A model generated the notes under the pieces. It was not told the DNA's origin, searched no databases, and was given only the letters and a program-made list of their open reading frames with translations. DNA of 64,000 nucleotides, from positions 1 to 64,000 of IMG/VR virus record IMGVR_UViG_2932385599_000003; one strand, given 5' to 3'. A program made the translations under genes and the position numbers. Below, one piece after another: positions 1-8,625 of the stretch. The stretch comes from a virus. Lineage: Duplodnaviria > Caudoviricetes. Position 1 is the first letter of the stretch. The number at the start of each line of letters is the position of its first letter.

Positions 1-17
1 GCATCGGCCTGGTCGGC

Positions 18-452
18 ATGTCCCGCCGGGCCACCCGCTTCCGGATCGCGTGGCGCAACGCCCGACAGCGCGCCGCCCGCTACCGGGCCCGGCTCGCCGC
101 CGCCGAGGCCCGCGTCACCGAGCTGGAGCAGGCCCTCGCCGACGCCGACGCCACCCAGCTCCACACCGACGGCGCCTGCGAGGCCGTCCAGCGAGCCGAG
201 ACCGCCGAGGCCGCCATCGACGGCGCCCTGCCCGATCTCCGCCGCGCCATCGACAGCATGCCCACCACCTGCCGCTACCACGGCGACCGGCTCGACCCCG
301 ACCAGTACGGCCGGATGGTCCGCTCCGAAGCGTGCTGCGACACCGGAGTGGCGCCCCGCCGCGCCCGTGAGGCTCGCCGAGCCATCGACCGCCTCGCCGC
401 CCTCGACGAGCCCACCCAGCAGCCCACCGACACCACCCAGGAGCAGCCGTGA
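18..452 (+). CDS. phage hypothetical protein (coiled coil, Cys motif); true start may lie upstream of the window
   Basis: Typical high-GC codon usage; stop overlaps next start (GTGA). Confidence 0.6.
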   Translation: MSRRATRFRIAWRNARQRAARYRARLAAAEARVTELEQALADADATQLHTDGACEAVQRAETAEAAIDGALPDLRRAIDSMPTTCRYHGDRLDPDQYGRMVRSEACCDTGVAPRRAREARRAIDRLAALDEPTQQPTDTTQEQP

Positions 453-1003
453 CCCGCATCTTCTACGACACCGAGTTCCTCGAGGACGGCCGCACCATCG
501 ACCTCATCAGCATCGGCATGGTCCGCGAGTCCGACGGAGCCGAGCTGTACCTCGTCAACCGCGACATGCCCGTGCGGAAGATCCGCAAGCACCCGTGGCT
601 GATGAAGAACGTCGTCCCCAGCCTGCCCCGGCCCCACGGTGACCGACGCAACCACATGCCCCAGTCGTGGCTGTTCGACTACTGCGACCCCCTGGTCAAG
701 CACCGCGACCACATCGCCGCGGAGGTCCGCCGCTTCATCACCGACACCCCCAACGCCGAGCTATGGGCCTGGTACGGCGCCTACGACCACGTCGCCCTCG
801 CCTGGCTGTACGGGCCGATGAGCGACCTCCCCGCCGGCATCCCGATGTGGACCAACGACATCCAGCAGGAAGCCCACCGACTTGGCAACCCGCAGTTGCC
901 CGAGCAGCCGGACGGCGTGCACAACGCGCTGGCCGACGCGCGCCACAACCTGGTGCGCGCCCAGTTCCTCGACCGGCTCGCCGCCCGGCAGACCAACGCC
1001 TGA
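449..1003 (+). CDS. DEDDh 3'-5' exoribonuclease (Rv2179c / RNase AS-like)
   Basis: RIFYDTEFLEDGRTIDLISIG, WAWYGAYDHV and HNALADARH motifs match this actinobacterial/phage family. Confidence 0.9.
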   Translation: MTRIFYDTEFLEDGRTIDLISIGMVRESDGAELYLVNRDMPVRKIRKHPWLMKNVVPSLPRPHGDRRNHMPQSWLFDYCDPLVKHRDHIAAEVRRFITDTPNAELWAWYGAYDHVALAWLYGPMSDLPAGIPMWTNDIQQEAHRLGNPQLPEQPDGVHNALADARHNLVRAQFLDRLAARQTNA

Positions 1004-1065
1004 CCCACCCCCGCCGGGGCACCCACCCGGCGCCCCGGCCCGCACCCGACCGCAAAGAGGCCCCC

Positions 1066-1185
1066 ATGACCGGGCCCGAGCCGGACAATGTCGCCGCCGA
1101 GCGGGAGCAGGCGCACCTCGACCTCCACCACCGCGTCGCCGTCCCGCCGACCGAGACCATCACCCCGCCCGAGGAGTACCTGTGA
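1066..1185 (+). CDS. small hypothetical protein (39 aa)
   Basis: AAAGAGG RBS before ATG; GTGA coupling to the next gene. Confidence 0.5.
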   Translation: MTGPEPDNVAAEREQAHLDLHHRVAVPPTETITPPEEYL

Positions 1186-1400
1186 GCATCGCCCCCACCC
1201 AGACCTACCGCAGCGCCGACCCCCGCGGCGGGCCCCGCATCCGCATCGAGAAGTACACCCCCGGCCACGCCCACGCCTGGGTGAGCGACGCCGACACCGG
1301 CAAGCGCGCCCGCTGGGTCCTCGTCCGGTCCCTGCACCAGACCCCCACCACCCGCACCGGGCAGCCCCGCCGTACCGGCTACATCCGGGAGGACGCGTGA
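1182..1400 (+). CDS. small phage protein (DUF6354-like)
   Basis: QTYRSADPRGGPRIRI...TTRTGQPRRTGY resembles a common Streptomyces phage small protein; coupled GTG start. Confidence 0.6.
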   Translation: MSIAPTQTYRSADPRGGPRIRIEKYTPGHAHAWVSDADTGKRARWVLVRSLHQTPTTRTGQPRRTGYIREDA

Positions 1401-1440
1401 CCGGCCCCACGTCGATGCCGACACCACTCAGGAGCACACC

Positions 1441-1635
1441 GTGATCGGACGTCTCGTCACCGTACTCACACGTCTCGCCTGCCGCATCGGCCACCACTAC
1501 TACCTGTCCACCGGCTGCCTCCACGACCAGCACGACTACTGCCAGAACACCCGAGGACAGGCCGGACCCAAACAGCCGGCCGCCTGCAAGTTCTGCGCTG
1601 CGCCCTGCATCTGCACCTGCCACCGAACCACCTGA
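1441..1635 (+). CDS. small Cys/His-rich (Zn-binding) protein
   Basis: AGGAG RBS; HYYLSTGCLHDQHDYC...CKFCAAPCICTCH. Confidence 0.7.
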   Translation: MIGRLVTVLTRLACRIGHHYYLSTGCLHDQHDYCQNTRGQAGPKQPAACKFCAAPCICTCHRTT

Positions 1636-1654
1636 CCGCCGGGAAGGGAGCCCC

Positions 1655-1966
1655 GTGACGCCGCGCACCCGCAGCCGCCTCCAGGCCGCAGCCCAGCAAC
1701 TCGCCGAACCGCCACCGGTGCACCTGCGCGGACAGACCGCCATCCCGCTCACGTGGCAGCAAGACGCGCTGTGGGGCGAACCAGCGCTTCCCGCCCGGCC
1801 CAGGGAGAGTCCCGTCCACCGGGCGCCGCAGCGGCAACCCACCGCCAGGCCGCGGCGGGCCATGCACTGGTACGACCTCGCCGCCCGCCCGGCGACCCGG
1901 CCCCGCGCCAGTTACACCCGCGGCCGGCACGTCACCGAAGTCTCCATCACCGGGCCGTACCTTTGA
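1655..1966 (+). CDS. hypothetical protein
   Basis: AAGGGAG RBS and GTG start; last gene of the rightward run. Confidence 0.55.
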   Translation: MTPRTRSRLQAAAQQLAEPPPVHLRGQTAIPLTWQQDALWGEPALPARPRESPVHRAPQRQPTARPRRAMHWYDLAARPATRPRASYTRGRHVTEVSITGPYL

Positions 1967-2023
1967 GCGCATCCCGGCAAGGGGCCCGGCAGTAGGATCA
2001 CCCGAACCACACGAGGGGGCCTC

Positions 2024-2710
2024 ATGGGCAAGCTACGGACACTCTGGGCGGAAGCCCCGTCGGCGACCAAGAAGGTCACCTACATCGCCATGCCCATCGG
2101 CCTGGTACTCGCCGGCATCGGCCTGATCGGCGACGCCTACGGCTGGTGGGAGGGACGCTCCTACCTCACCAACGTGCTCTCCAGCTTCACCGGCTTGTGC
2201 TTCGCCGTGCCGTTCGCCCTGCTGATACTCAACTACCTGGCGGAACCGCACGCCGAGGCCGCGCAGCGCCGGGCAGCTTGGCGCACGGCCACGGCAACCG
2301 TCGCCCTGTATGACCACGCACGGGCACGCCTGCACCTCATGTGCGAGGAACTGGAGTGGCTCCAGGGCCCTGACCGGCCGTCGGACCCCGTCGAGGCCCA
2401 TGCACGCGCCCAGCAGGTGATCCTGAACCACTGGAGGGACATCATGGCGTGGCGCAACTCGTGGATCCGCCTCCGCGACACGGTGCGCCCCCTTCTCCAA
2501 ACGAACGATGCCGACCTGTACGTCACGATGGACGCGGACGACTTCGACGGTCTGCTGCGTGGGGCGTACGAAACTGCCGACGGCCTGACGCGAACTTCAC
2601 CTGACAGCGCCGCTGCACCGACCGAAGCCGTTGCGTACTGGCACAACACGATGAAGTTCCTCATCGGGGTCCACGTGTACCCGGTCGAGGACCTCAAGCC
2701 GACGGGATAG
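2024..2710 (+). CDS. membrane protein with two N-terminal TM helices (moron-like)
   Basis: Hydrophobic segments IAMPIGLVLAGIGLIG and LSSFTGLCFAVPFALLILNYL; TAGGAT -10-like hexamer near 1993. Confidence 0.75.
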   Translation: MGKLRTLWAEAPSATKKVTYIAMPIGLVLAGIGLIGDAYGWWEGRSYLTNVLSSFTGLCFAVPFALLILNYLAEPHAEAAQRRAAWRTATATVALYDHARARLHLMCEELEWLQGPDRPSDPVEAHARAQQVILNHWRDIMAWRNSWIRLRDTVRPLLQTNDADLYVTMDADDFDGLLRGAYETADGLTRTSPDSAAAPTEAVAYWHNTMKFLIGVHVYPVEDLKPTG

Positions 2711-2950
2711 TCCCCGTCGGCTGGCACGCCGGATACACCAGGGCGGACTGCGGAACACCGAAGGGCCATTCCGGCCAGGCCTCTACCTTCATGGCTGGAT
2801 CGGGTGCATGATGCGGGTGTGGCCGCCTCCACCGGGCCCCCTTGGTGGGCGACCCTTCGGCCCCGCCCTTGTGCTGCCGCGCGGGCGGGGCCGCGCCGTC
2901 CCTCCCGGCCTCCCCACGGGAAGGCAGGCGCACGTCCGTACAGACGACGA

Positions 2951-2980
2951 CGCCCCCTGCCCTCGGGAGGGCAGGGGGCG
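2951..2980. terminator. bidirectional hairpin terminator
   Basis: 13-bp perfect stem CGCCCCCTGCCCT/AGGGCAGGGGGCG between convergent genes. Confidence 0.7.
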
Positions 2981-3021
2981 GTTCCGCCATGCCGTGCGGC
3001 CGTGGCGTCCTTGGCCCCTGC

Positions 3022-4389
3022 TCAGCGCCTGGCGCTCGCGGGCGTGGACTCGTCAGGCAGGCGAGGCGCCGGGACCCTCTGGACGTTGCCTCGCGCCGCT
3101 CTCTTCAGGTCCGCGTCCAGGTCGTACTCAGGGTGCAGAGCGGCGGCCGCGCGCAGCGCCTCCCGGAACCCATCGACCCTGTGGTACTCCCTCAGCACCC
3201 ACGCCGGCACGGTGCCGATCCGCGTGGCGGCTTGCTTCAGCGTGCCCCCGGACGCGACCGCGGCGACGACTTCCTGCCGCGCCCTGGCGTCCCGCACGGC
3301 CGGGCCCGACGAGGGCCGCACGACCGTGCTCGACGGTCGCTTCCCCCTACCAGCGGCGCACGCTGCCTTGACCTGCTGCTCCGCCTCGGGAACCCGCCGT
3401 CGAACCCGGCTCAGCCAGGAGGCGTTCGAGCCGACCGCGGCCAGAGCGTCGCCCACCGTCGCCCCCTCCTCCAGCAGAGGGAGCAGCCGGGCCAGGCGGG
3501 CCCGGTCCTGCTGGACGGTGTCGGCCTTCCTCTCCGCCCGCGCATCGGCCCGGGAGGACCGGCGCCGTTCTGAGCCTTTCCGGGCCGCCGCGCGTGCGGC
3601 GGCCCGCAGGTCCCTGCGGCGCTCCCGCGCCTCGGCCAGAGCGCGCGCCACCCATAGGTCACCCCTGGCCTGGTCGGTGAGCCACTGCCTGCCGACCCCT
3701 GCCGCGGCCAGGAACCCCTCCACGTCGCGGTCCTCGGCAATCTCCACGAGGGCCTGCTCGACCACCCGCCGCGTCGCGGCGGCCTGCGCCTGCACGGCGG
3801 CCTGCGCGAACTCGCCGTCGTCGAGCAGCACCCGCAGACGGGCCGCGGCGATCCCCGCCCGCGTCGACGCCGCCTTCAAGGTCGGGGCGCCCTGCGCGAG
3901 CGCTTCGAGCAGGCGCCGCTGCTCGACCACGCGGGCAAGGGCCTCCGGGCCCCGGCTGACGGCCAGCTCGACATCCGCGAGCCTGGGCGCCATCATCCGC
4001 CACGCCTCAGCCTGCGGGTCACCGCCCTCGCCGGTGGCGACGGCGACCAGGTGCGCGACGACCTGGCGTACCAGGCGCTTGTCGTCCGCCGCAGCGAGTA
4101 ACGCGGCCACGCGCGGGTTGATCGCTGCCATCGACCGAACGCGCTTGCTGGTGGTCCCGGCGCGGCGCGCTGCTTCCACGAGCGGGACACCGGCCCCGAG
4201 CTGCTCGATCACCACCTCCAGGGTTGCCGGGGGCAGCGGGTTGCGTCGCGCGCGCAGGACCCGCGATTCGGTGTTGTGCGCCTCGGTGCAGGCCGGGCAG
4301 CGGCCTTTGTTGCGCCAGCCGAGCGGGGTGCCGCACCCCCGGCCCGCCGCCACACACGCCAAGCCGGGCGCAGCAGCAGCCTCGGTCAC
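3022..4389 (-). CDS. multi-HTH DNA-binding protein with N-terminal Zn motif; contains a TTA codon
   Basis: CGTPLGWRNKGRCPAC, then repeated HTH-like units (GVPLVEAARRAG, GAPTLKAASTRAG, GATVGDALAAVG, GGTLKQAATRIG); in-frame TTA at 4101-4099. Confidence 0.7.
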   Translation of the reverse strand: MTEAAAAPGLACVAAGRGCGTPLGWRNKGRCPACTEAHNTESRVLRARRNPLPPATLEVVIEQLGAGVPLVEAARRAGTTSKRVRSMAAINPRVAALLAAADDKRLVRQVVAHLVAVATGEGGDPQAEAWRMMAPRLADVELAVSRGPEALARVVEQRRLLEALAQGAPTLKAASTRAGIAAARLRVLLDDGEFAQAAVQAQAAATRRVVEQALVEIAEDRDVEGFLAAAGVGRQWLTDQARGDLWVARALAEARERRRDLRAAARAAARKGSERRRSSRADARAERKADTVQQDRARLARLLPLLEEGATVGDALAAVGSNASWLSRVRRRVPEAEQQVKAACAAGRGKRPSSTVVRPSSGPAVRDARARQEVVAAVASGGTLKQAATRIGTVPAWVLREYHRVDGFREALRAAAALHPEYDLDADLKRAARGNVQRVPAPRLPDESTPASARR

Positions 4390-4865
4390 CGCTTCTTACC
4401 TCGTGTCGCGGGCCGGGGCTGTGCGGCCTGCCCGCGACACGAGGCGGCCGCAGCGTGGGCTGCCGCCTGGTCCGGGAACGCCATCGCCAGGCCCGGTACC
4501 TCCTGGGCGACCCGAGCCACGACGGCCCGGTGCCAGGAGGCCGGCCAGCCGGACTCGGGGTGCGCGGCGTGGTACTCGGCGTCGTCCCGGTAGGTGATGA
4601 CCCCGGGCTCGGGGAGGTCCAGCAGCTTCTCGATGAGCTGGGACACGTACTCGCCGGTGCGGGCCTCCAGGTCCTCGATGGCGAGGCGGACGCCGTCGGG
4701 GATGGCGTACTTGCCCGCCTCCCAGTGCCGGACGGTGCGCGGGGAGACCTCGAGGTGGTGGGCGAGCCAGTCGCCGGTCAGGCCCAGGAACTCGCGGACG
4801 ACCTTGAACTCGGCCGGGTTCATGCGCTCGTCCTCGGGCATGCCGGGCGGGTCGGTGTACTGCAT
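4386..4865 (-). CDS. DUF1870 / Aca2-YdiL-like XRE HTH regulator
   Basis: MNPAEFKVVREFLGLTGDWLAHHLEVSPRTVRHWEAGKYAIPDGV plus a C-terminal ITYRDDAEY...W..WHRAVVARV region; GAGAGG RBS. Confidence 0.75.
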   Translation of the reverse strand: MQYTDPPGMPEDERMNPAEFKVVREFLGLTGDWLAHHLEVSPRTVRHWEAGKYAIPDGVRLAIEDLEARTGEYVSQLIEKLLDLPEPGVITYRDDAEYHAAHPESGWPASWHRAVVARVAQEVPGLAMAFPDQAAAHAAAASCRGQAAQPRPATRGKKR

Positions 4866-4887
4866 GACGAGTCCTCTCAAAGGGGTA

Positions 4888-4918
4888 AGGCCCGCGCCCG
4901 GTGGAAGGGCGCGGGCCT
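4888..4918 (-). terminator. 12-bp stem-loop between the acidic gene and the HTH gene (attenuator or stabiliser)
   Basis: AGGCCCGCGCCC-N7-GGGCGCGGGCCT. Confidence 0.55.
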
Positions 4919-4930
4919 GGGGCGGCAGGG

Positions 4931-5404
4931 TCAGGCGCGGCGGACCTTGACGGTGTAGCCGGTGTCAACGTCGTCCCAGTCTCCGACGGTCTCCCAGCCG
5001 GCCGCCTGGAGGGCCGTCTCGGCGGCCTTGACCATCGCGTCGTGGTCGGCGTCCAGGGAAAGCGGCAGGGACGTCGACGGCATCACCTCGGAGGTGTAGC
5101 CGTCCTTCTCGTGGTTGAGGATCATGACCTCGGGGCCGTTGTCGTGGACGAGGATGCCAGCCTGCACGCCCAGCCACGCGATGTCCTCGGAACCGTCGTC
5201 GTTGGTCGCGTCGGCGTCGTGGGCCTGGGTGGTGTCGTGCTTCTCGACGGCCGCCCAGTAGGCGGTGTCCTCGATGTCGTCGATGCTGTTCAGCGGCCCG
5301 TCGTGGTTCTCGATCAGGTCCTCGACGATGGCGTCGATGTCGAAGTCGTCGATGTGGTCGCCGAGGGTGAGGGAGACCTGGTAGGCGAGGTCGGTGCGGT
5401 TCAT
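4931..5404 (-). CDS. highly acidic 157-aa protein (candidate anti-defence / DNA mimic)
   Basis: GGAAGGA RBS; about 36 D/E versus about 7 K/R by hand count. Confidence 0.8.
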   Translation of the reverse strand: MNRTDLAYQVSLTLGDHIDDFDIDAIVEDLIENHDGPLNSIDDIEDTAYWAAVEKHDTTQAHDADATNDDGSEDIAWLGVQAGILVHDNGPEVMILNHEKDGYTSEVMPSTSLPLSLDADHDAMVKAAETALQAAGWETVGDWDDVDTGYTVKVRRA

Positions 5405-5456
5405 GGCCGGGTCCTTCCGGTGGGGTCTGGGGCTGTTCCCCTGACCTCGTGACTCC

Positions 5457-5486
5457 ACTATAGCTTCCTACTTTAGGAAGGCGCAA
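5457..5486 (-). promoter_or_regulatory. strong HrdB-type promoter with an operator palindrome in the spacer
   Basis: TTGCGC (5486-5481)-18 bp-TATAGT (5462-5457); inverted repeat CTTCCTA-CTT-TAGGAAG at 5464-5480. Confidence 0.8.
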
Positions 5487-5550
5487 GGGTCTTTGCTGCA
5501 CCCCGCACACCCCTTGACAGCACCCGGCCCCCCGTGGCGACACGCCAGCG

Positions 5551-5883
5551 CTACCCCGCGTCGAGGATGCCGAGCTCCGCGTCCGGCCTGCACACCTCGC
5601 ACGCCGCGACACCCTCCACCAGCGCCTGCCGCGCCGTCGCCTCCGAGACGCCCGGCGCTTTCCGGGCGAGGCCGCAGTCGCCGAGGTGCACTTTGACAGG
5701 GGAGCGGCCGGCATCGAGGCCGCGCTGGATCCGGTAGTCCGGCTCGGGCGCCGGGACGGCGCGCTGCCGGGCGGCCTGCTCGGCACGGAGCTGGGTGATC
5801 CGCGCGTCGACCTGCGCGAGGGTGAGCTGCAGCCACGTGCGCAGCACCTCAAGACGGGGCAGATCGGGCGGAAGCTCGGACAT
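5551..5883 (-). CDS. DUF6233 family Zn-binding protein
   Basis: MSELPPDLPRLEVLRTWL...VHLGDC...ARQALVEGVAACEVCRPDAELG. Confidence 0.75.
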   Translation of the reverse strand: MSELPPDLPRLEVLRTWLQLTLAQVDARITQLRAEQAARQRAVPAPEPDYRIQRGLDAGRSPVKVHLGDCGLARKAPGVSEATARQALVEGVAACEVCRPDAELGILDAG

Positions 5884-5896
5884 GCGTTCGATTCTA
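5876..5896 (-). promoter_or_regulatory. LexA (SOS) box overlapping a leaderless promoter and start codon
   Basis: Minus strand TAGAAT followed by TCGAAC-GCAT-GTCCGA, one mismatch from the actinobacterial consensus TCGAAC-N4-GTTCGA. Confidence 0.75.
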
Positions 5897-5934
5897 GTGG
5901 CGCGGTCCGGCCCCAGCACGCGAGGGCCCACCCG

Positions 5935-6225
5935 TCAGGCGCCCGCCCCCGGCTCGGCGTGCCGGACGCGCCGTTTCAGCTCCGCCTCCACCAGCGACCG
6001 CGGCTCCCCCAGCTCGGCCGCGACCTCCGTGATGCGGTCCTGCACCGGATCGACCGCGCGCCGCCACTCCTCCCACGCCGACTGCCACACCGCGTGCTGC
6101 TCGGGCGTCCACCCTTCCCCGGCGGTCGGCCGGCCGTGGGCGGCGGACACCTCGGCGACGCGGGCGCGGAGGGCGTCGGCGCGCTGCTGCGCCTCGATGA
6201 GGTCGGCGGGGAGTTCGATGGCCAC
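5935..6225 (-). CDS. hypothetical protein, probably leaderless
   Basis: TAGGAT lies 6 nt before the GTG; helical AIELPADLIEAQQRAD sequence. Confidence 0.75.
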   Translation of the reverse strand: MAIELPADLIEAQQRADALRARVAEVSAAHGRPTAGEGWTPEQHAVWQSAWEEWRRAVDPVQDRITEVAAELGEPRSLVEAELKRRVRHAEPGAGA

Positions 6226-6484
6226 GACCGGATCCTAGGTCGGCGGTCTGGGCGGTCCGGGGCGGGGCGCGCCGGGGCGCAGAACGGCCCGGCGTCCGCA
6301 TCTGCGGTGCCGGGCCGGTTCATGCCCCCAGGTCGGGTCGGTACCACCCTGCCGGCGTGCCGGGAGGCGCGCATCGGAGTGATTCCAGCCGGGAGCAGCA
6401 GAGAGAGCCAAACGACCGGGGACCGTAGTGCCAACTGCCACAAGTCGAGAGCCGCTTGTGCCTAAGCGTTAGGAGTTGCACCCA

Positions 6485-6814
6485 GTGTCTAGTTACAGAT
6501 GGGTTGCGGAAGATGATCGGTTGGTCTGCTTCGAATCTCCGAATGGAGGCCAGAACCCTGCACACCTTGCGCGGGCGGACAAGACAACACGCCACCACGA
6601 CGACGTTCTCGCTCAGGCGACCTCGGACATCAACGAGATCCTGGACAGGGTGCGCCGCGAGAACCGCGACGATGAGGTCGAGCCCAGCTTCATCTCTCTA
6701 CCCGGTGGCTTGATGCTCGTGTGGGCCAGGGTCAAGCACCCGGTAAGCCCGGACAGCAGCCCGGAGGACATCGCCCGGGTTCTCGGATTGAAGGTGCAGG
6801 ACGTCTCAGGCTAA
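6485..6814 (+). CDS. hypothetical lower-GC moron protein
   Basis: AGGAG RBS 8 nt before GTG 6485; oriented against its neighbours. Confidence 0.5.
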   Translation: MSSYRWVAEDDRLVCFESPNGGQNPAHLARADKTTRHHDDVLAQATSDINEILDRVRRENRDDEVEPSFISLPGGLMLVWARVKHPVSPDSSPEDIARVLGLKVQDVSG

Positions 6815-6939
6815 GGCCACCGCCCGCGCCTGGCCGCTGCCGGCCCTGTCGGGGTTGCTGACAGTGACGACCGCCGGGGTTCTACCGGCCGGTAGGGGTC
6901 TCGGCCCCGCGCACGGAGCAACCCCAACCCCCTTGGCGG

Positions 6940-7290
6940 TCACAGAGCGTTCCGGTAGTCGGTGTTCGCGTCGTCCGGCACCACGATGTCGTCCACCGAC
7001 AGGACCCCGAGCCGGATCGCGACCGCGACCGCGTGCGTACGGTCGCTGGCCCGCAGCTTCCGCAGGATCGACTGCATCTGCGATTTCACCGCCTCATGGC
7101 TGACGCCGAGCGCGCGGGCGATGCTCTGGTTCGTCCGGCCGTTCGCGGCGAGCCGCAGCACCTGCACCTGCCGGCCTGTCAGGCCCGTACGGGGATCGTC
7201 GGTACGCCGCGGCAGGGCGCGCAGCCGGGCCACGCACGGGGCGGGCCCGCCACCAGCCGGTGACGGGCCCGCAGAACCACGCCTGGTCAC
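6940..7290 (-). CDS. LuxR-family HTH regulator
   Basis: LTGRQVQVLRLAANGRTNQSIARALGVSHEAVKSQMQSILRKLRASDRTHAV; start inferred from GTGA coupling. Confidence 0.85.
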   Translation of the reverse strand: MTRRGSAGPSPAGGGPAPCVARLRALPRRTDDPRTGLTGRQVQVLRLAANGRTNQSIARALGVSHEAVKSQMQSILRKLRASDRTHAVAVAIRLGVLSVDDIVVPDDANTDYRNAL

Positions 7291-7553
7291 GCGTCCTCCA
7301 GGACGTCCCCGGCGCGCCGGGGCTGGCCGGTGCGGGTGGCAGCGGGCTGGGCGGCGGCCGGGGCGGTCCGGACCGGGCTCAGGTGCCGCTCGGCCGGGGG
7401 GTCGGTCTGCGTCCACCCGTGGAGCTGGATGACGACCGCGAGTTGCTCGGCGGCCTGGGCGCGGGTGATGCGTGTCGGGTCGCCCTGCCACTGCTCAACG
7501 AGGGCGTGCGCGCGGGCGATGGCCCGGCGGTGAAGGTCGAGCTCGGCGGCCAT
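7287..7553 (-). CDS. hypothetical protein
   Basis: TGATG coupling with the upstream gene; MAAELDLHRRAIARAH. Confidence 0.6.
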   Translation of the reverse strand: MAAELDLHRRAIARAHALVEQWQGDPTRITRAQAAEQLAVVIQLHGWTQTDPPAERHLSPVRTAPAAAQPAATRTGQPRRAGDVLEDA

Positions 7554-8122
7554 CAGTGGGTCTCCTCGACGGTCTCGGCCACGGTCGTGGCGATGGTGAC
7601 CACGCGGTACTCGTACTGCGGGTAGAGCGCGCGCATCTCCACGAGCCGCTGGTCGGCCCTCTCGCGGTCCGCGTAGGTCCACCGGAGTCCGGTGAGCGGG
7701 TGCCCCTGCCGCCACGTGATCTCGCCCTTGCTGCGGTGCTCCAGGCGGTACGAGAGCCGGGCCGTCGGCGGCAGGACGACCTCGACGGGCCGGGCGGCGG
7801 TCGCGACGTTGCAGCCGGGGCAGTCGCCGACGTGCTCGGGGTCGTCGCTGCCGTCCGCGACCACGTGCGTCTCCACGGCCGGCCCGTCGGCGACCGAGGC
7901 GGTGGCGAGCTGGGCGTCGAAGCAGCCCTTGCAGTGCCGGTCTCCGCACGGCTGGCCCTGGCGGTGGGCGGCGGCGATGCGGTCCAGCTCAGCGCGGATC
8001 TCGGGGCTCTTGACGATGCCGTCGGCGATCCAGAAGGCGAGCTTCCAGGTGTCGACGCTGAGGTTGATCTCCTGGGCGAGGAGGTGCTTGAGGCGGTCGT
8101 CGGCGGGTGGGTAGCTGGGCAC
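7553..8122 (-). CDS. phage hypothetical protein with Cys motifs
   Basis: AAGGAG RBS; CGDRHCKGC and HVGDCPGC. Confidence 0.7.
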   Translation of the reverse strand: MPSYPPADDRLKHLLAQEINLSVDTWKLAFWIADGIVKSPEIRAELDRIAAAHRQGQPCGDRHCKGCFDAQLATASVADGPAVETHVVADGSDDPEHVGDCPGCNVATAARPVEVVLPPTARLSYRLEHRSKGEITWRQGHPLTGLRWTYADRERADQRLVEMRALYPQYEYRVVTIATTVAETVEETH

Positions 8123-8210
8123 GGTGTGTCTCCTTGGGGTGGTGGTGTGGTGGGGTGGGTGCCGGGCCGCCCCCCGATAGCGCCGGGGGGCGGCCCTTCG
8201 TGCGTGCGGG

Positions 8211-8579
8211 TCAGAACCGCCACCAGCCGTCGTAGCCGGGCGGGACGGCCGGGTACGCGGCGAGCATCGGCCGCAGCACCTCCAGGTGCTGCTCCATCAC
8301 CTCCGGGATCTGCGCGCCCCAGTAGCGGGCGCCGTCCCACCTGCCCTCGCACTCGCCGCCGAACCGGCCGTCGTCGTGCCGGGCCAGGAACTCGACCGCG
8401 CTGGTGGGGAGGGGGCGCTGGATGTCCCAGAGGTGGCCGATGCAGGCGACGGTGAGACCGTTGCGGCGCCGGTACCAGACGGCGTTGATGCGGGCTTGGG
8501 CTGGGTCCTGGGTGTGGAGGCTGGTGAGGTCGACGGCGTAGGGCCGGCGGGAGATCAGGAATCGGTCCTCGCGGATCAC
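8211..8579 (-). CDS. phage hypothetical protein
   Basis: GAAGGAG RBS; globular-looking sequence. Confidence 0.7.
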   Translation of the reverse strand: MIREDRFLISRRPYAVDLTSLHTQDPAQARINAVWYRRRNGLTVACIGHLWDIQRPLPTSAVEFLARHDDGRFGGECEGRWDGARYWGAQIPEVMEQHLEVLRPMLAAYPAVPPGYDGWWRF

Positions 8580-8625
8580 GGTGTGGGTCTCCTTCGAGCG
8601 CTGAACAGATGGGCGATGGCGAGGG

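Noticed and set aside
2804-4597. 597-aa plus-strand ORF and similar long shadow ORFs (23758..26499, 30367..32643, 41171..44725, 47514..50123)
   Set aside because: Stop-poor alternative frames expected in very GC-rich DNA; they overlap genes with recognisable motifs.
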